Shown here one piece after another: positions 11,927 through 21,409 of a stretch of 64,000 nt of DNA; the stretch's first letter is position 1, and every line of letters begins with the position of its first letter. A program made the translations under genes and the position numbers. Source of the DNA: Escherichia coli (GTDB lineage: Bacteria; Pseudomonadota; Gammaproteobacteria; Enterobacterales; Enterobacteriaceae); NCBI RefSeq assembly GCF_044324785.1, contig NZ_CP172127.1. One strand, 5' to 3'. The notes beneath the pieces were generated by a model that was given only the letters and a program-made list of their open reading frames with translations, ran no database searches and was not told where the DNA came from.

Positions 11927-12920
11927 AACTCACTAGTCTGTTTCTGTCGATTCGTTGTACCAGCATAGAAAGTAACAAACTCGCTGCCAACGTCGCGCAA
12001 AAGATCCAAATAATATCGAGTATTGGCCAGTTTTTAAGCTCAATCCCCCGGGTGCGCAGTGCATGGATAATAAAGGCGTGGAATCCGTATATACCCAACG
12101 AATGGCGGGAGATTAAGCCAAGTCCGCGAACAGTACGCGTATCCAGCGTGTTTTTAACCAGAGTCAATAGCGTGATTGCGCAGATAAAAACCATCGGCCC
12201 ACAGTAAAGATACCAGGTATCGGCAAAATTTCCGCGCCACTGCAATTCATATAATGTCCCGCGAGAGATAATAAAAACCCCCGTCGCAAACAGTGCGGCG
12301 CACACCCACGACAGTGCTTTATGCTGTGTGTCCATCATCCCTATAGCGCGGCCCAACATGCCATACAGGATGTAGTAAAAAGTATCGCCATTGATATATA
12401 AGTTAATTGGCAGCCATTCAAAACCGTCAATTTTCTGCGGCAATGTGTTTGGGTTAGCGATAATACCAATCACCACCATTAGCACCAGCAACATTTTTCC
12501 GCCGACGTTCTTCACCTGAATCAGCGGTGAAACCAGATAAATCACCGCAATCGCGAAGAAAAACCACAAGTGGTAAAACACTGGCTTTTGCAGCAGGTTT
12601 TTCAGCGCTAACTCCATATTGATGGAGGTAAACAGCGCAATGTAGAGCAGTGCGATTGCGCTATAAAAAAGCAGACATAAGCCGATACGCAAGAAATGGC
12701 GCGGCTGGGCGCTGCGTTCGCCAAAAAAGAGATAGCCGGAAATCATGAAAAATAGCGGCACGCTGACACGAGAGGCAGAATTCAGAACATTGGCGATATC
12801 CCATGTGACGGGGCTAACACTATGAGCATTGGTCACATACCAGGTAGTGGTGTGAATCATCACCACCATTAAACACGCTATCCCTCGCAGGTTATCAATC
12901 CAGTAAATTTTGGGCTGCAT
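11925..12920 (-). CDS. wecH: O-acetyltransferase WecH (acyltransferase-3 family)
   Basis: 331-aa polytopic membrane [23 protein letters not shown]... Confidence 0.9.
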   Translation of the reverse strand: MQPKIYWIDNLRGIACLMVVMIHTTTWYVTNAHSVSPVTWDIANVLNSASRVSVPLFFMISGYLFFGERSAQPRHFLRIGLCLLFYSAIALLYIALFTSINMELALKNLLQKPVFYHLWFFFAIAVIYLVSPLIQVKNVGGKMLLVLMVVIGIIANPNTLPQKIDGFEWLPINLYINGDTFYYILYGMLGRAIGMMDTQHKALSWVCAALFATGVFIISRGTLYELQWRGNFADTWYLYCGPMVFICAITLLTLVKNTLDTRTVRGLGLISRHSLGIYGFHAFIIHALRTRGIELKNWPILDIIWIFCATLAASLLLSMLVQRIDRNRLVS

Positions 12921-13094
12921 CTGTGTCTCTGTATCTGGTTAAAAAAAGTCTGACCGATAAATCATTCAGTTGGCGCACTGGAATAATCTGAGTTTTAACA
13001 CTACAGCTTATAGAGGCTTAAGGAAATTCGTAAGATATCAGCCACTATACCGATATAAATAATAAGACTCACCTGCAAACCAGACGGTAATTTA

Positions 13095-13403
13095 ATGATG
13101 ATGAACTCTTTCTTTCCGGCAATGGCGCTTATGGTGCTTATGGCGCTAGTGGGTTGTTCTACACCGCCACCCGTGCAGAAAGCACAACGGGTAAAGGTTG
13201 ATCCTCTGCGTTCGTTGAATATGGAAGCGTTATGCAAGGATCAGGCGGCAAAACGTTATAACACCGGCGAGCAAAAAATCGACGTCACTGCTTTTGAACA
13301 ATTTCAGGGAAGCTATGAAATGCGCGGTTATACCTTCCGTAAAGAGCAGTTTGTCTGTTCTTTTGACGCAGATGGCCATTTTTTGCATCTTTCCATGCGT
13401 TAA
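13095..13403 (+). CDS. ysaB: lipoprotein YsaB
   Basis: About 100-aa ORF with signal peptide and lipobox (LVGCS); exact start among three consecutive ATG codons uncertain. Confidence 0.8.
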   Translation: MMMNSFFPAMALMVLMALVGCSTPPPVQKAQRVKVDPLRSLNMEALCKDQAAKRYNTGEQKIDVTAFEQFQGSYEMRGYTFRKEQFVCSFDADGHFLHLSMR

Positions 13404-13497
13404 GCCCTGCTTTTTCCCGTTTCGTACTGTATATCTTCCATCCAGCGGGTATACTGATCCCTTCCTTTAAATCCACACGTATCCAGCACGAAATAAT

Positions 13498-14409
13498 ATG
13501 CAAAAGTTTGATACCAGGACCTTCCAGGGCTTGATCCTGACCTTACAGGATTACTGGGCTCGCCAGGGCTGCACCATTGTTCAACCATTGGACATGGAAG
13601 TCGGCGCGGGAACCTCTCACCCAATGACCTGTCTGCGCGCGCTGGGGCCAGAACCGATGGCGGCTGCTTATGTTCAGCCTTCTCGTCGCCCGACCGATGG
13701 TCGCTACGGCGAAAACCCCAACCGTTTACAGCACTACTATCAGTTCCAGGTGGTCATTAAGCCATCGCCGGACAATATTCAGGAGCTGTACCTCGGTTCT
13801 CTGAAAGAGCTGGGCATGGACCCGACCATCCACGACATCCGTTTCGTGGAAGATAACTGGGAAAACCCGACGCTGGGTGCCTGGGGGCTGGGCTGGGAAG
13901 TGTGGCTGAACGGCATGGAAGTGACGCAGTTCACTTACTTCCAGCAGGTCGGTGGTCTGGAGTGTAAACCGGTTACCGGCGAGATCACCTACGGTCTGGA
14001 ACGTCTGGCAATGTACATTCAGGGCGTAGACAGCGTTTACGACCTGGTCTGGAGCGACGGCCCGCTGGGTAAAACCACCTATGGCGACGTGTTCCATCAG
14101 AACGAAGTGGAGCAGTCCACTTACAACTTCGAATACGCGGATGTGGACTTCCTGTTCACCTGCTTCGAGCAGTACGAGAAAGAAGCGCAGCAGCTGCTGG
14201 CGCTGGAAAATCCGCTGCCGTTGCCAGCCTACGAGCGTATTCTGAAAGCCGCCCACAGCTTCAACCTGCTGGATGCGCGTAAAGCCATCTCCGTCACTGA
14301 GCGTCAGCGCTATATTCTGCGCATTCGCACCCTGACCAAAGCAGTGGCAGAAGCATACTACGCTTCCCGTGAAGCCCTCGGCTTCCCGATGTGCAACAAA
14401 GATAAGTAA
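13498..14409 (+). CDS. glyQ: glycine--tRNA ligase alpha subunit
   Basis: 303-aa [28 protein letters not shown]... Confidence 0.97.
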
Positions 14410-14418
14410 GAGGCGGCT

Positions 14419-16488
14419 ATGTCTGAGAAAACTTTTCTGGTGGAAATCGGCACTGAAGAGCTGCCACCAAAAGCACTGCGCAGCCTGGCTGAGTCCTTTG
14501 CTGCGAACTTTACTGCGGAGCTGGATAACGCTGGCCTCGCACACGGCACCGTTCAATGGTTTGCTGCTCCGCGTCGTCTGGCGCTGAAAGTAGCTAACCT
14601 GGCGGAAGCGCAACCGGATCGTGAAATCGAAAAACGCGGCCCGGCGATTGCTCAGGCGTTCGACGCTGAAGGTAAACCGAGCAAAGCGGCAGAAGGTTGG
14701 GCGCGTGGTTGCGGTATTACCGTTGACCAGGCTGAGCGTCTGACTACCGATAAAGGCGAATGGCTGCTGTATCGCGCCCACGTGAAGGGCGAAAGCACCG
14801 AAGCTCTGCTGCCGAATATGGTTGCGACTTCGCTGGCGAAACTGCCGATCCCGAAACTGATGCGTTGGGGTGCAAGCGACGTGCACTTCGTGCGTCCGGT
14901 GCACACCGTGACTCTGTTGCTGGGCGACAAAGTTATTCCGGCTACCATTCTGGGCATTCAGTCCGATCGCGTAATTCGCGGCCACCGCTTTATGGGCGAG
15001 CCGGAATTCACTATCGACAATGCCGATCAGTATCCGGAAATTCTGCGTGAGCGCGGGAAAGTCATCGCCGATTACGAAGAACGTAAGGCGAAGATTAAAG
15101 CCGATGCCGAAGAAGCGGCGCGTAAGATTGGCGGTAACGCTGACTTAAGCGAAAGCCTGCTGGAAGAAGTGGCTTCGCTGGTGGAGTGGCCGGTCGTTCT
15201 GACCGCGAAATTTGAAGAGAAATTCCTCGCTGTGCCGTCTGAAGCGCTGGTTTACACCATGAAAGGTGACCAGAAGTACTTCCCGGTGTACGCGAACGAC
15301 GGCAAACTGCTGCCGAACTTTATCTTCGTTGCCAACATCGAATCGAAAGATCCGCAGCAAATTATCTCTGGTAACGAGAAAGTCGTTCGTCCACGTCTGG
15401 CGGATGCCGAGTTCTTCTTCAACACTGACCGTAAAAAACGTCTGGAAGATAATCTGCCGCGTCTGCAAACCGTGCTGTTCCAGCAACAGCTTGGCACACT
15501 GCGTGACAAAACTGACCGCATCCAGGCACTGGCTGGCTGGATTGCTGAACAGATTGGCGCTGACGTTAACCACGCAACCCGTGCGGGCCTGCTGTCCAAG
15601 TGCGATCTGATGACCAACATGGTCTTCGAGTTCACCGACACCCAGGGCGTTATGGGGATGCACTACGCGCGTCACGATGGCGAAGCGGAAGATGTTGCCG
15701 TGGCGCTGAACGAGCAGTATCAGCCGCGCTTTGCCGGTGATGACCTGCCGTCTAATCCGGTAGCCTGTGCGCTGGCGATTGCTGACAAGATGGACACCCT
15801 GGCGGGTATCTTCGGTATCGGTCAGCATCCGAAAGGCGACAAAGACCCGTTTGCGTTGCGTCGTGCCGCACTTGGCGTGCTGCGTATTATCGTTGAGAAG
15901 AACCTCAACCTTGATCTGCAAACGCTGACCGAAGAAGCGGTGCGTCTGTATGGCGATAAGCTGACTAATGCCAACGTGGTTGATGATGTTATCGACTTTA
16001 TGCTCGGTCGCTTCCGCGCCTGGTATCAGGACGAAGGTTACACCGTTGACACCATCCAGGCGGTACTGGCGCGTCGTCCGACTCGTCCGGCTGATTTCGA
16101 TGCCCGAATGAAAGCGGTATCGCACTTCCGTACCCTGGATGCAGCTGCAGCACTGGCGGCGGCGAACAAGCGTGTATCTAACATTCTGGCGAAGTCTGAC
16201 GAAGTGCTGAGCGATCGCGTGAATGCTTCTACTCTGAAAGAGCCGGAAGAAATTAAACTGGCGATGCAGGTTGTGGTGCTGCGCGACAAGCTGGAGCCGT
16301 ACTTCGCTGAAGGTCGTTACCAGGATGCGCTGGTCGAACTGGCTGAATTGCGTGAACCGGTTGATGCCTTCTTCGATAAAGTGATGGTCATGGTTGATGA
16401 CAAAGAATTGCGAATCAACCGTCTTACCATGCTGGAGAAACTGCGCGAACTGTTCCTGCGCGTTGCGGATATTTCGCTGTTACAGTAA
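14419..16488 (+). CDS. glyS: glycine--tRNA ligase beta subunit
   Basis: 689-aa [23 protein letters not shown]...; 9 bp after glyQ stop. Confidence 0.97.
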   Translation: MSEKTFLVEIGTEELPPKALRSLAESFAANFTAELDNAGLAHGTVQWFAAPRRLALKVANLAEAQPDREIEKRGPAIAQAFDAEGKPSKAAEGWARGCGITVDQAERLTTDKGEWLLYRAHVKGESTEALLPNMVATSLAKLPIPKLMRWGASDVHFVRPVHTVTLLLGDKVIPATILGIQSDRVIRGHRFMGEPEFTIDNADQYPEILRERGKVIADYEERKAKIKADAEEAARKIGGNADLSESLLEEVASLVEWPVVLTAKFEEKFLAVPSEALVYTMKGDQKYFPVYANDGKLLPNFIFVANIESKDPQQIISGNEKVVRPRLADAEFFFNTDRKKRLEDNLPRLQTVLFQQQLGTLRDKTDRIQALAGWIAEQIGADVNHATRAGLLSKCDLMTNMVFEFTDTQGVMGMHYARHDGEAEDVAVALNEQYQPRFAGDDLPSNPVACALAIADKMDTLAGIFGIGQHPKGDKDPFALRRAALGVLRIIVEKNLNLDLQTLTEEAVRLYGDKLTNANVVDDVIDFMLGRFRAWYQDEGYTVDTIQAVLARRPTRPADFDARMKAVSHFRTLDAAAALAAANKRVSNILAKSDEVLSDRVNASTLKEPEEIKLAMQVVVLRDKLEPYFAEGRYQDALVELAELREPVDAFFDKVMVMVDDKELRINRLTMLEKLRELFLRVADISLLQ

Positions 16489-16502
16489 TAACGCCGTTAT
16501 TA

Positions 16503-16531
16503 AAAAGCCTGCCATCTGGCAGGCTTTTTTA
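16503..16531 (+). terminator. rho-independent terminator of glyQS
   Basis: gcctgcc-atct-ggcaggc hairpin followed by TTTTTT. Confidence 0.8.
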
Positions 16532-16707
16532 TCGCTAAATAATAGAGCAACCTTTAATAATCTTCTGCTGAATAAAGATTATCTCATATATTAATTTTAT
16601 GAGATTTTTTTAGGATTATATCAAGGAGAAGAAACGAACTTATTAAGCTAGAATAGCTGCGGGTGCTTGAGACTGTTTGTCTCAGGTATTCACCGAAAGG
16701 CAGACAG

Positions 16708-16775
16708 AGAAAAGCCCCACCTGACTATAAATCAAAGTGAGGCTACCCTATGCCTGAACACCATAAGGTTAGCCT
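16708..16775 (-). ncRNA. sokA: putative Sok-type antisense RNA of the hokA locus (approximate bounds)
   Basis: Inference from hok/sok architecture; minus-strand hairpin with U-tract lies just upstream of the mokA start; exact ends not determinable. Confidence 0.35.
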
Positions 16776-16962
16776 CTTACTCGTTGGAAATCAACACAGG
16801 AGGCTGGGAATGCCGCAGAAATATAGATTGCTTTCTTTAATAGTGATTTGTTTCACGCTTTTATTTTTCACCTGGATGATAAGAGATTCACTGTGCGAAT
16901 TGCATATTAAACAGGGGAGTTATGAGCTGGCGGCATTTTTAGCCTGCAATTTGAAAGAGTAA
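16750..16962 (+). CDS. mokA: Mok-type overlapping reading frame (translational coupling frame for hokA)
   Basis: 70-aa ORF in the same frame as hokA starting 60 nt upstream, as in other hok/mok loci. Confidence 0.6.
   Translation: MPEHHKVSLLLVGNQHRRLGMPQKYRLLSLIVICFTLLFFTWMIRDSLCELHIKQGSYELAAFLACNLKE
16810..16962 (+). CDS. hokA: Hok-family type I toxin, small membrane peptide (50 aa)
   Basis: MPQKYRLLSLIVICFTLLFFTWMIRDSLCELHIKQGSYELAAFLACNLKE; AGGAGG 7 nt upstream of the ATG. Confidence 0.85.
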   Translation: MPQKYRLLSLIVICFTLLFFTWMIRDSLCELHIKQGSYELAAFLACNLKE

Positions 16963-17117
16963 GAGTGTTTGGCGGGAAGTTATTCCCGCCTTTCTTACGG
17001 CGTTGCGCATTCTCATTGCACCCAAATTTATTTCTTTAATGAATGTTTTTTTAGATACGAATGGATTTGGCTATTAAATAAGTTTTTAATCGGGAACAGG
17101 AATGGTTCGGAGCCTTC

Positions 17118-17489
17118 ATGAATAAACTGCTTTTACTGTTGATAATGCTCTATCAACGACATCTTTCTCCTCGCAAAGGATACCGCTGTGCTTACAGTGT
17201 GTTGTACCAAACGCAGGGATGTTCGGGAGCAGTCAAAGAGATTATTCAACAGAAAGGTGTTATTGCAGGCTGGGGCGAGATACGTCAGCGTTTTGCAGAT
17301 TGCCGACTTGCGGCACTGACAATCAGGCAGAAGCAACACCTGAACGAGGTAATACGTAAAAAGAAGAATAATAATTGTGATTGTTCCGGGTGCGATGGTG
17401 CGGTCTGTCGTGATTGCGACATTCCGGTGCCGGATCTGGATTGTTCCTGGGACTGTTCTTCTCTACATATAAAGCGGTTTTTCCAATAA
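17118..17489 (+). CDS. hypothetical Cys-rich protein; N-terminus loosely resembles the YidD/DUF37 signature, C-terminus has CxC/CxxC clusters
   Basis: 123-aa ORF; GGAG 6 nt upstream of ATG; motif LYQRHLSPRKGYRC resembles the YidD YQRxISP...CR pattern; identity not confirmed. Confidence 0.45.
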   Translation: MNKLLLLLIMLYQRHLSPRKGYRCAYSVLYQTQGCSGAVKEIIQQKGVIAGWGEIRQRFADCRLAALTIRQKQHLNEVIRKKKNNNCDCSGCDGAVCRDCDIPVPDLDCSWDCSSLHIKRFFQ

Positions 17490-17520
17490 AAAAATCCCCG
17501 CCAAATGGCAGGGATCTTAG
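17490..17520 (-). terminator. cspA rho-independent terminator
   Basis: Minus-strand hairpin ccctgcc / ggcgggg (one G-U pair) followed by U-tract immediately after cspA stop. Confidence 0.6.
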
Positions 17521-17542
17521 ATTCTGTGCTTTTAAGCAGAGA

Positions 17543-17755
17543 TTACAGGCTGGTTACGTTGCCAGCTGCCGGGCCTTTAGCGCCGCTTTCGATGGTGAAG
17601 GACACTTTCTGACCTTCGTCCAGAGATTTGTAACCATCGTTCTGGATAGCAGAGAAGTGTACGAACACGTCTTTAGAGCCATCGTCAGGAGTGATGAAGC
17701 CGAAGCCTTTGTCAGCGTTGAACCATTTTACGATACCAGTCATTTTACCGGACAT
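17543..17755 (-). CDS. cspA: major cold shock protein CspA
   Basis: 70 aa [38 protein letters not shown]..., canonical CspA. Confidence 0.98.
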
Positions 17756-17915
17756 AGTGTATTACCTTTAATAATTAATTGTGCCTTTCGGCGATATGGC
17801 GTGCTTTACAGATTTTTGAAGCGTTAAAGGAAATGCACTACGAGGGGTATCAACGATAACTCTTGAAGAGGACTTGCCTTACTACACTGCTTTAATGGTC
17901 TGTACGTCAAACCGT
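17756..17915 (-). promoter_or_regulatory. cspA long 5' untranslated leader including the cold-box element (UGACGUACAGA, complement of 17899-17909)
   Basis: Reverse complement of 17901-17915 reads ACGGTTTGACGTACA, matching the recalled 5' end of cspA mRNA; leader is about 160 nt. Confidence 0.7.
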
Positions 17916-18035
17916 TGAGTGCATTAAGCCACGCATTGGCGGGTGATGCAACAATTATTTTTCATATTTATGATTAATCGGTTGGAAAACGGTCCTGTCA
18001 TCAGGACCGTAAACAGCAATAAAGTGGATAAAAGT

Positions 18036-18326
18036 CTATTCCATCAACTGCTTACTTAATGCCGGGTTGGCTTGAATCAAACGCATCAATTTTAGTTCGG
18101 CACTTGAAGGCTTCACGCGTCTGGATTCCCATTCCTTTACCATGGCGACTGATACGCCCAAAACCCGGGCGAAATCATCGATTTTTAACCCTGTCCCTTT
18201 TCGTAACTGCTCAATTTCGGTACAGGACGTTGTTCTGTGCGTCAGGGTAATTTTCTGCGTTTCATCTTTAAAAACAATCTGTTCCAGGCTGCTCAACAGC
18301 TCATGCATTGGATCTTTATATTCCAT
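18036..18326 (-). CDS. yiaG: XRE-family HTH transcriptional regulator YiaG
   Basis: 96-aa ORF with helix-turn-helix segment (KIDDFARVLGVSVAMVKEWE). Confidence 0.85.
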   Translation of the reverse strand: MEYKDPMHELLSSLEQIVFKDETQKITLTHRTTSCTEIEQLRKGTGLKIDDFARVLGVSVAMVKEWESRRVKPSSAELKLMRLIQANPALSKQLME

Positions 18327-18759
18327 TGAAAACTCCTCAAATCACACTGCGGGATCGTGAATTGCATCGAAGCTCATTAAGAATAGTCGGGAAAAACAGA
18401 CACAGCGGGGTGTAGTCAGGGCATGCTCTGGCTATGATTCGATTCAGCCAGTCATTTAGCGTGACTTATAGCCACCTAACGATCTGATAAATGCCGATAT
18501 ATCTCTTACCACTCCCGGTTTGTAAAGATTTCGAAAATCTAACGTTCTGAGAAGGCGTAAATCTCAGGCTACAAAAAAAGCAACGGCACTATCATTTTTT
18601 AACAATGAAACAACAAATTAACCTTGTTTCATTTTCTCCATGATTTTACCAGGAAGATTACGTAGAAAGGGTATCCTGCAAGCCTGTCCTGGACTATCCT
18701 TGTCACGTCAGACACGCGTGTGTCGTTGTGCGCTTTTTTTGGGTGAAAGGAGTAAGAAA

Positions 18760-19470
18760 ATGGCGACAGGAAAGTCCTGCTCTCGCTGGTTTGCGCCTCT
18801 TGCGGCGTTATTAATGGTAGTTAGCCTGAGTGGGTGTTTTGATAAAGAAGGCGATCAGCGTAAAGCGTTTATCGACTTCCTGCAGAATACAGTGATGCGT
18901 AGCGGTGAACGTCTACCAACCCTGACTGCCGATCAGAAAAAACAGTTTGGTCCTTTTGTCTCTGATTACGCGATTCTGTATGGTTATTCTCAGCAAGTGA
19001 ATCAGGCGATGGATTCCGGTCTGCGCCCGGTTGTAGACAGCGTTAACGCAATTCGCGTACCGCAGGATTACGTTACGCAAAGCGGCCCACTGCGTGAAAT
19101 GAACGGTTCTCTGGGTGTACTGGCGCAACAGCTGCAAAATGCGAAGTTGCAGGCCGATGCTGCGCACTCTGCGCTAAAACAGAGCGATGACCTGAAACCG
19201 GTCTTCGATCAGGCATTCACCAAAGTGGTAACGACGCCAGCTGATGCGTTGCAACCGTTGATTCCGGCGGCACAAACTTTCACGCAACAACTGGTGATGG
19301 TTGGAGACTACATTGCTCAGCAAGGTACTCAGGTGAGCTTTGTAGCAAATGGCATCCAGTTCCCGACGTCACAGCAGGCAAGTGAATATAACAAACTGAT
19401 TGCGCCATTACCGGCACAGCATCAGGCGTTTAATCAGGCCTGGACTACAGCAGTTACTGCAACCCAATAA
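18760..19470 (+). CDS. yiaF: lipoprotein YiaF
   Basis: 236 aa from MATGKSCSRWFAPLAALLMVVSLSGC (lipobox); AAAGGAG upstream; six-frame ORF extends further 5' but has no RBS there. Confidence 0.85.
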   Translation: MATGKSCSRWFAPLAALLMVVSLSGCFDKEGDQRKAFIDFLQNTVMRSGERLPTLTADQKKQFGPFVSDYAILYGYSQQVNQAMDSGLRPVVDSVNAIRVPQDYVTQSGPLREMNGSLGVLAQQLQNAKLQADAAHSALKQSDDLKPVFDQAFTKVVTTPADALQPLIPAAQTFTQQLVMVGDYIAQQGTQVSFVANGIQFPTSQQASEYNKLIAPLPAQHQAFNQAWTTAVTATQ

Positions 19471-19519
19471 AGAGTAAAAGCCCGGGCGATTATCGGGCTT
19501 TACTCCACGCAGTCGCGGC

Positions 19520-20494
19520 TTAGTCCGCGACGTGCGGATTCACACAGTTCTTCTCAACCTTTCCTTGTAACGCATCAATCAAATTATCCACGGCACAGGC
19601 GGCCATGCCATAACGCGTCTCATGGGTGGCAGATCCAATATGCGGTACTGCGACGACGTTGGCCATTGAGAGCAACGGCGAATCTACGGAAAGTGGCTCT
19701 TGTTCGAAGACATCCAGCCCGGCGGCGTGAATTTCGCCTTTCTGCAATGCAGCAATCAGTGCATTTTCATCAACCACCGGGCCACGTCCGGCATTAATGA
19801 AAATGGCGGAGGATTTCATTTTGCCGAATTGTTCTGCGCCAAATAGATGATACGTCTCATCAGTTAACGGCAGGATCAGGCAAACGAAATCTGACTCTTG
19901 TAACAGTGTATCCAAATCGCAGTAGCGGGCGTTGAAGCGTTCTTCTGCTTCTTTATGGTGGCGGCGCGCGTTATAGAGGATGGGCATGTTGAAGCCGAAG
20001 TGCGCACGTTGTGCCAGCGCCATACCGATCCGCCCCATCCCGACAATGCCCAGTGTTTTATGGTGAACGTCAGTGCCGTACCAGTCCGGGCCTATGCTCG
20101 CGGTCCATTCGCCTGCTTTTACCCGTTCTGCTACCTCCACAACCCGACGAGCGGTAGACAACACCAGCGCCATCAGCGTATCGGCGACGGTTTCTGTTAG
20201 TACGGTTGGCGTGTGCATCAGCAGAATTTTTCGGGCGGTAAGCGCATCGACATCAAAATTGTCATAGCCGACGGAGATCGTTGATGTGGCACGCAGTTTC
20301 GGCATTTTTTCCAGCATTGCGGCATCAACATTCTCGTTTGAACCCAGTAAACCTTCAGCTTCGGCAAAAATTGCTGCATTTTGTTCGACGGTTTGTGGGC
20401 TGAGGTTTGCTACCTGGTGAACGGTGAAATGCTCTTGCAGGCGTTGCAGTAAATCATCAGGTAAGGCTTTGTAGAGGATAACGGACGGCTTCAT
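19520..20494 (-). CDS. ghrB: glyoxylate/hydroxypyruvate reductase B (2-ketoaldonate reductase)
   Basis: 324 aa from [19 protein letters not shown]...; D-isomer 2-hydroxyacid dehydrogenase fold with NAD-binding GxGxxG (GIVGMGRIG). Confidence 0.95.
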   Translation of the reverse strand: MKPSVILYKALPDDLLQRLQEHFTVHQVANLSPQTVEQNAAIFAEAEGLLGSNENVDAAMLEKMPKLRATSTISVGYDNFDVDALTARKILLMHTPTVLTETVADTLMALVLSTARRVVEVAERVKAGEWTASIGPDWYGTDVHHKTLGIVGMGRIGMALAQRAHFGFNMPILYNARRHHKEAEERFNARYCDLDTLLQESDFVCLILPLTDETYHLFGAEQFGKMKSSAIFINAGRGPVVDENALIAALQKGEIHAAGLDVFEQEPLSVDSPLLSMANVVAVPHIGSATHETRYGMAACAVDNLIDALQGKVEKNCVNPHVAD

Positions 20495-20597
20495 GCTTCT
20501 CTCCATTCACTGATAAGGCGATCACCTTAGCCTGAAATATGATGAAGGAAAACTGAAGAATGCCAGGTGATTTCTGCATCACCTGGCATGAAAGGGA

Positions 20598-21257
20598 TTA
20601 CAGCGGGCTTAAGGTAATTTCTACACGGCGGTTTTGCGCCTTACCTTCTGCGGTGCTGTTGCTGGCGATTGGGTTAGCCGGGCCAAGGCCCTGAGTACGG
20701 ATGCGGCTGGCGTCCACGCCCTGGGTGATCAACGCGCTGGCAACGGAATCCGCACGCTGCTGGGAGAGACGCATGTTCAGGTCGTGCCCACCCGTGCTAT
20801 CGGTATAACCAATCACGTTAACCGCCGTTTTCGGATACTCTTTCAGCACCATTGCCACGCCGGTCAGGGTGTTAGCGCCTGCCGGTTTCAGGGTCGCGCT
20901 GCTGCTGTCGAAGGTCACATTGTTCGGCATATTGAGGATAATGTTATCCCCGCTGCGGGTTACGCTAACACCAGTGCCGCGCATTTTGTCACGCAGCTTC
21001 GCTTCCTGCACATCCATGTAATAACCCACGCCGCCGCCCAAAGCTGCGCCTGCTGCTGCGCCAATCAGCGCGCCTTTACCGCGATCTTTCTTCGAAGAAG
21101 AGAGCGCACCAATACCCGCGCCAACGAGAGAGCCCAGACCTGCGCCGATAGCAGATTTACCTGCTTCGCGTTCGCCAGTGTAAGGGTTAGTTGTGCAGCC
21201 AGATACCGCCAGAGCGCCACTCACTACGGCGGCAATAAGATAAACACGTTTCTTCAT
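20598..21257 (-). CDS. yiaD: OmpA-family lipoprotein YiaD
   Basis: 219-aa ORF, lipobox LAVSGC, Gly-rich linker, C-terminal OmpA-like domain. Confidence 0.9.
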   Translation of the reverse strand: MKKRVYLIAAVVSGALAVSGCTTNPYTGEREAGKSAIGAGLGSLVGAGIGALSSSKKDRGKGALIGAAAGAALGGGVGYYMDVQEAKLRDKMRGTGVSVTRSGDNIILNMPNNVTFDSSSATLKPAGANTLTGVAMVLKEYPKTAVNVIGYTDSTGGHDLNMRLSQQRADSVASALITQGVDASRIRTQGLGPANPIASNSTAEGKAQNRRVEITLSPL

Positions 21258-21409
21258 TGTTAATCCTTAATAACCTTTTTATTCTTTGCCACGGGTTCCG
21301 TGGCGGGAGATTATGCCGCGTGAACATGAAGATTATTCCTGGGAATACTCGGAAATTTGTAAGTAATATTTAACTGCTCAATACATCTAACCTTTCAGGA
21401 GTCTTCGGT

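Noticed and set aside
13726-14985. 419-aa minus-strand ORF
   Set aside because: Lies entirely antisense to glyQ/glyS, whose identities are unambiguous; long antisense ORFs are common in GC-rich highly expressed genes and the translation is low-complexity.
15145-16125. 326-aa minus-strand ORF
   Set aside because: Antisense to glyS; no independent start signals; shadow ORF.
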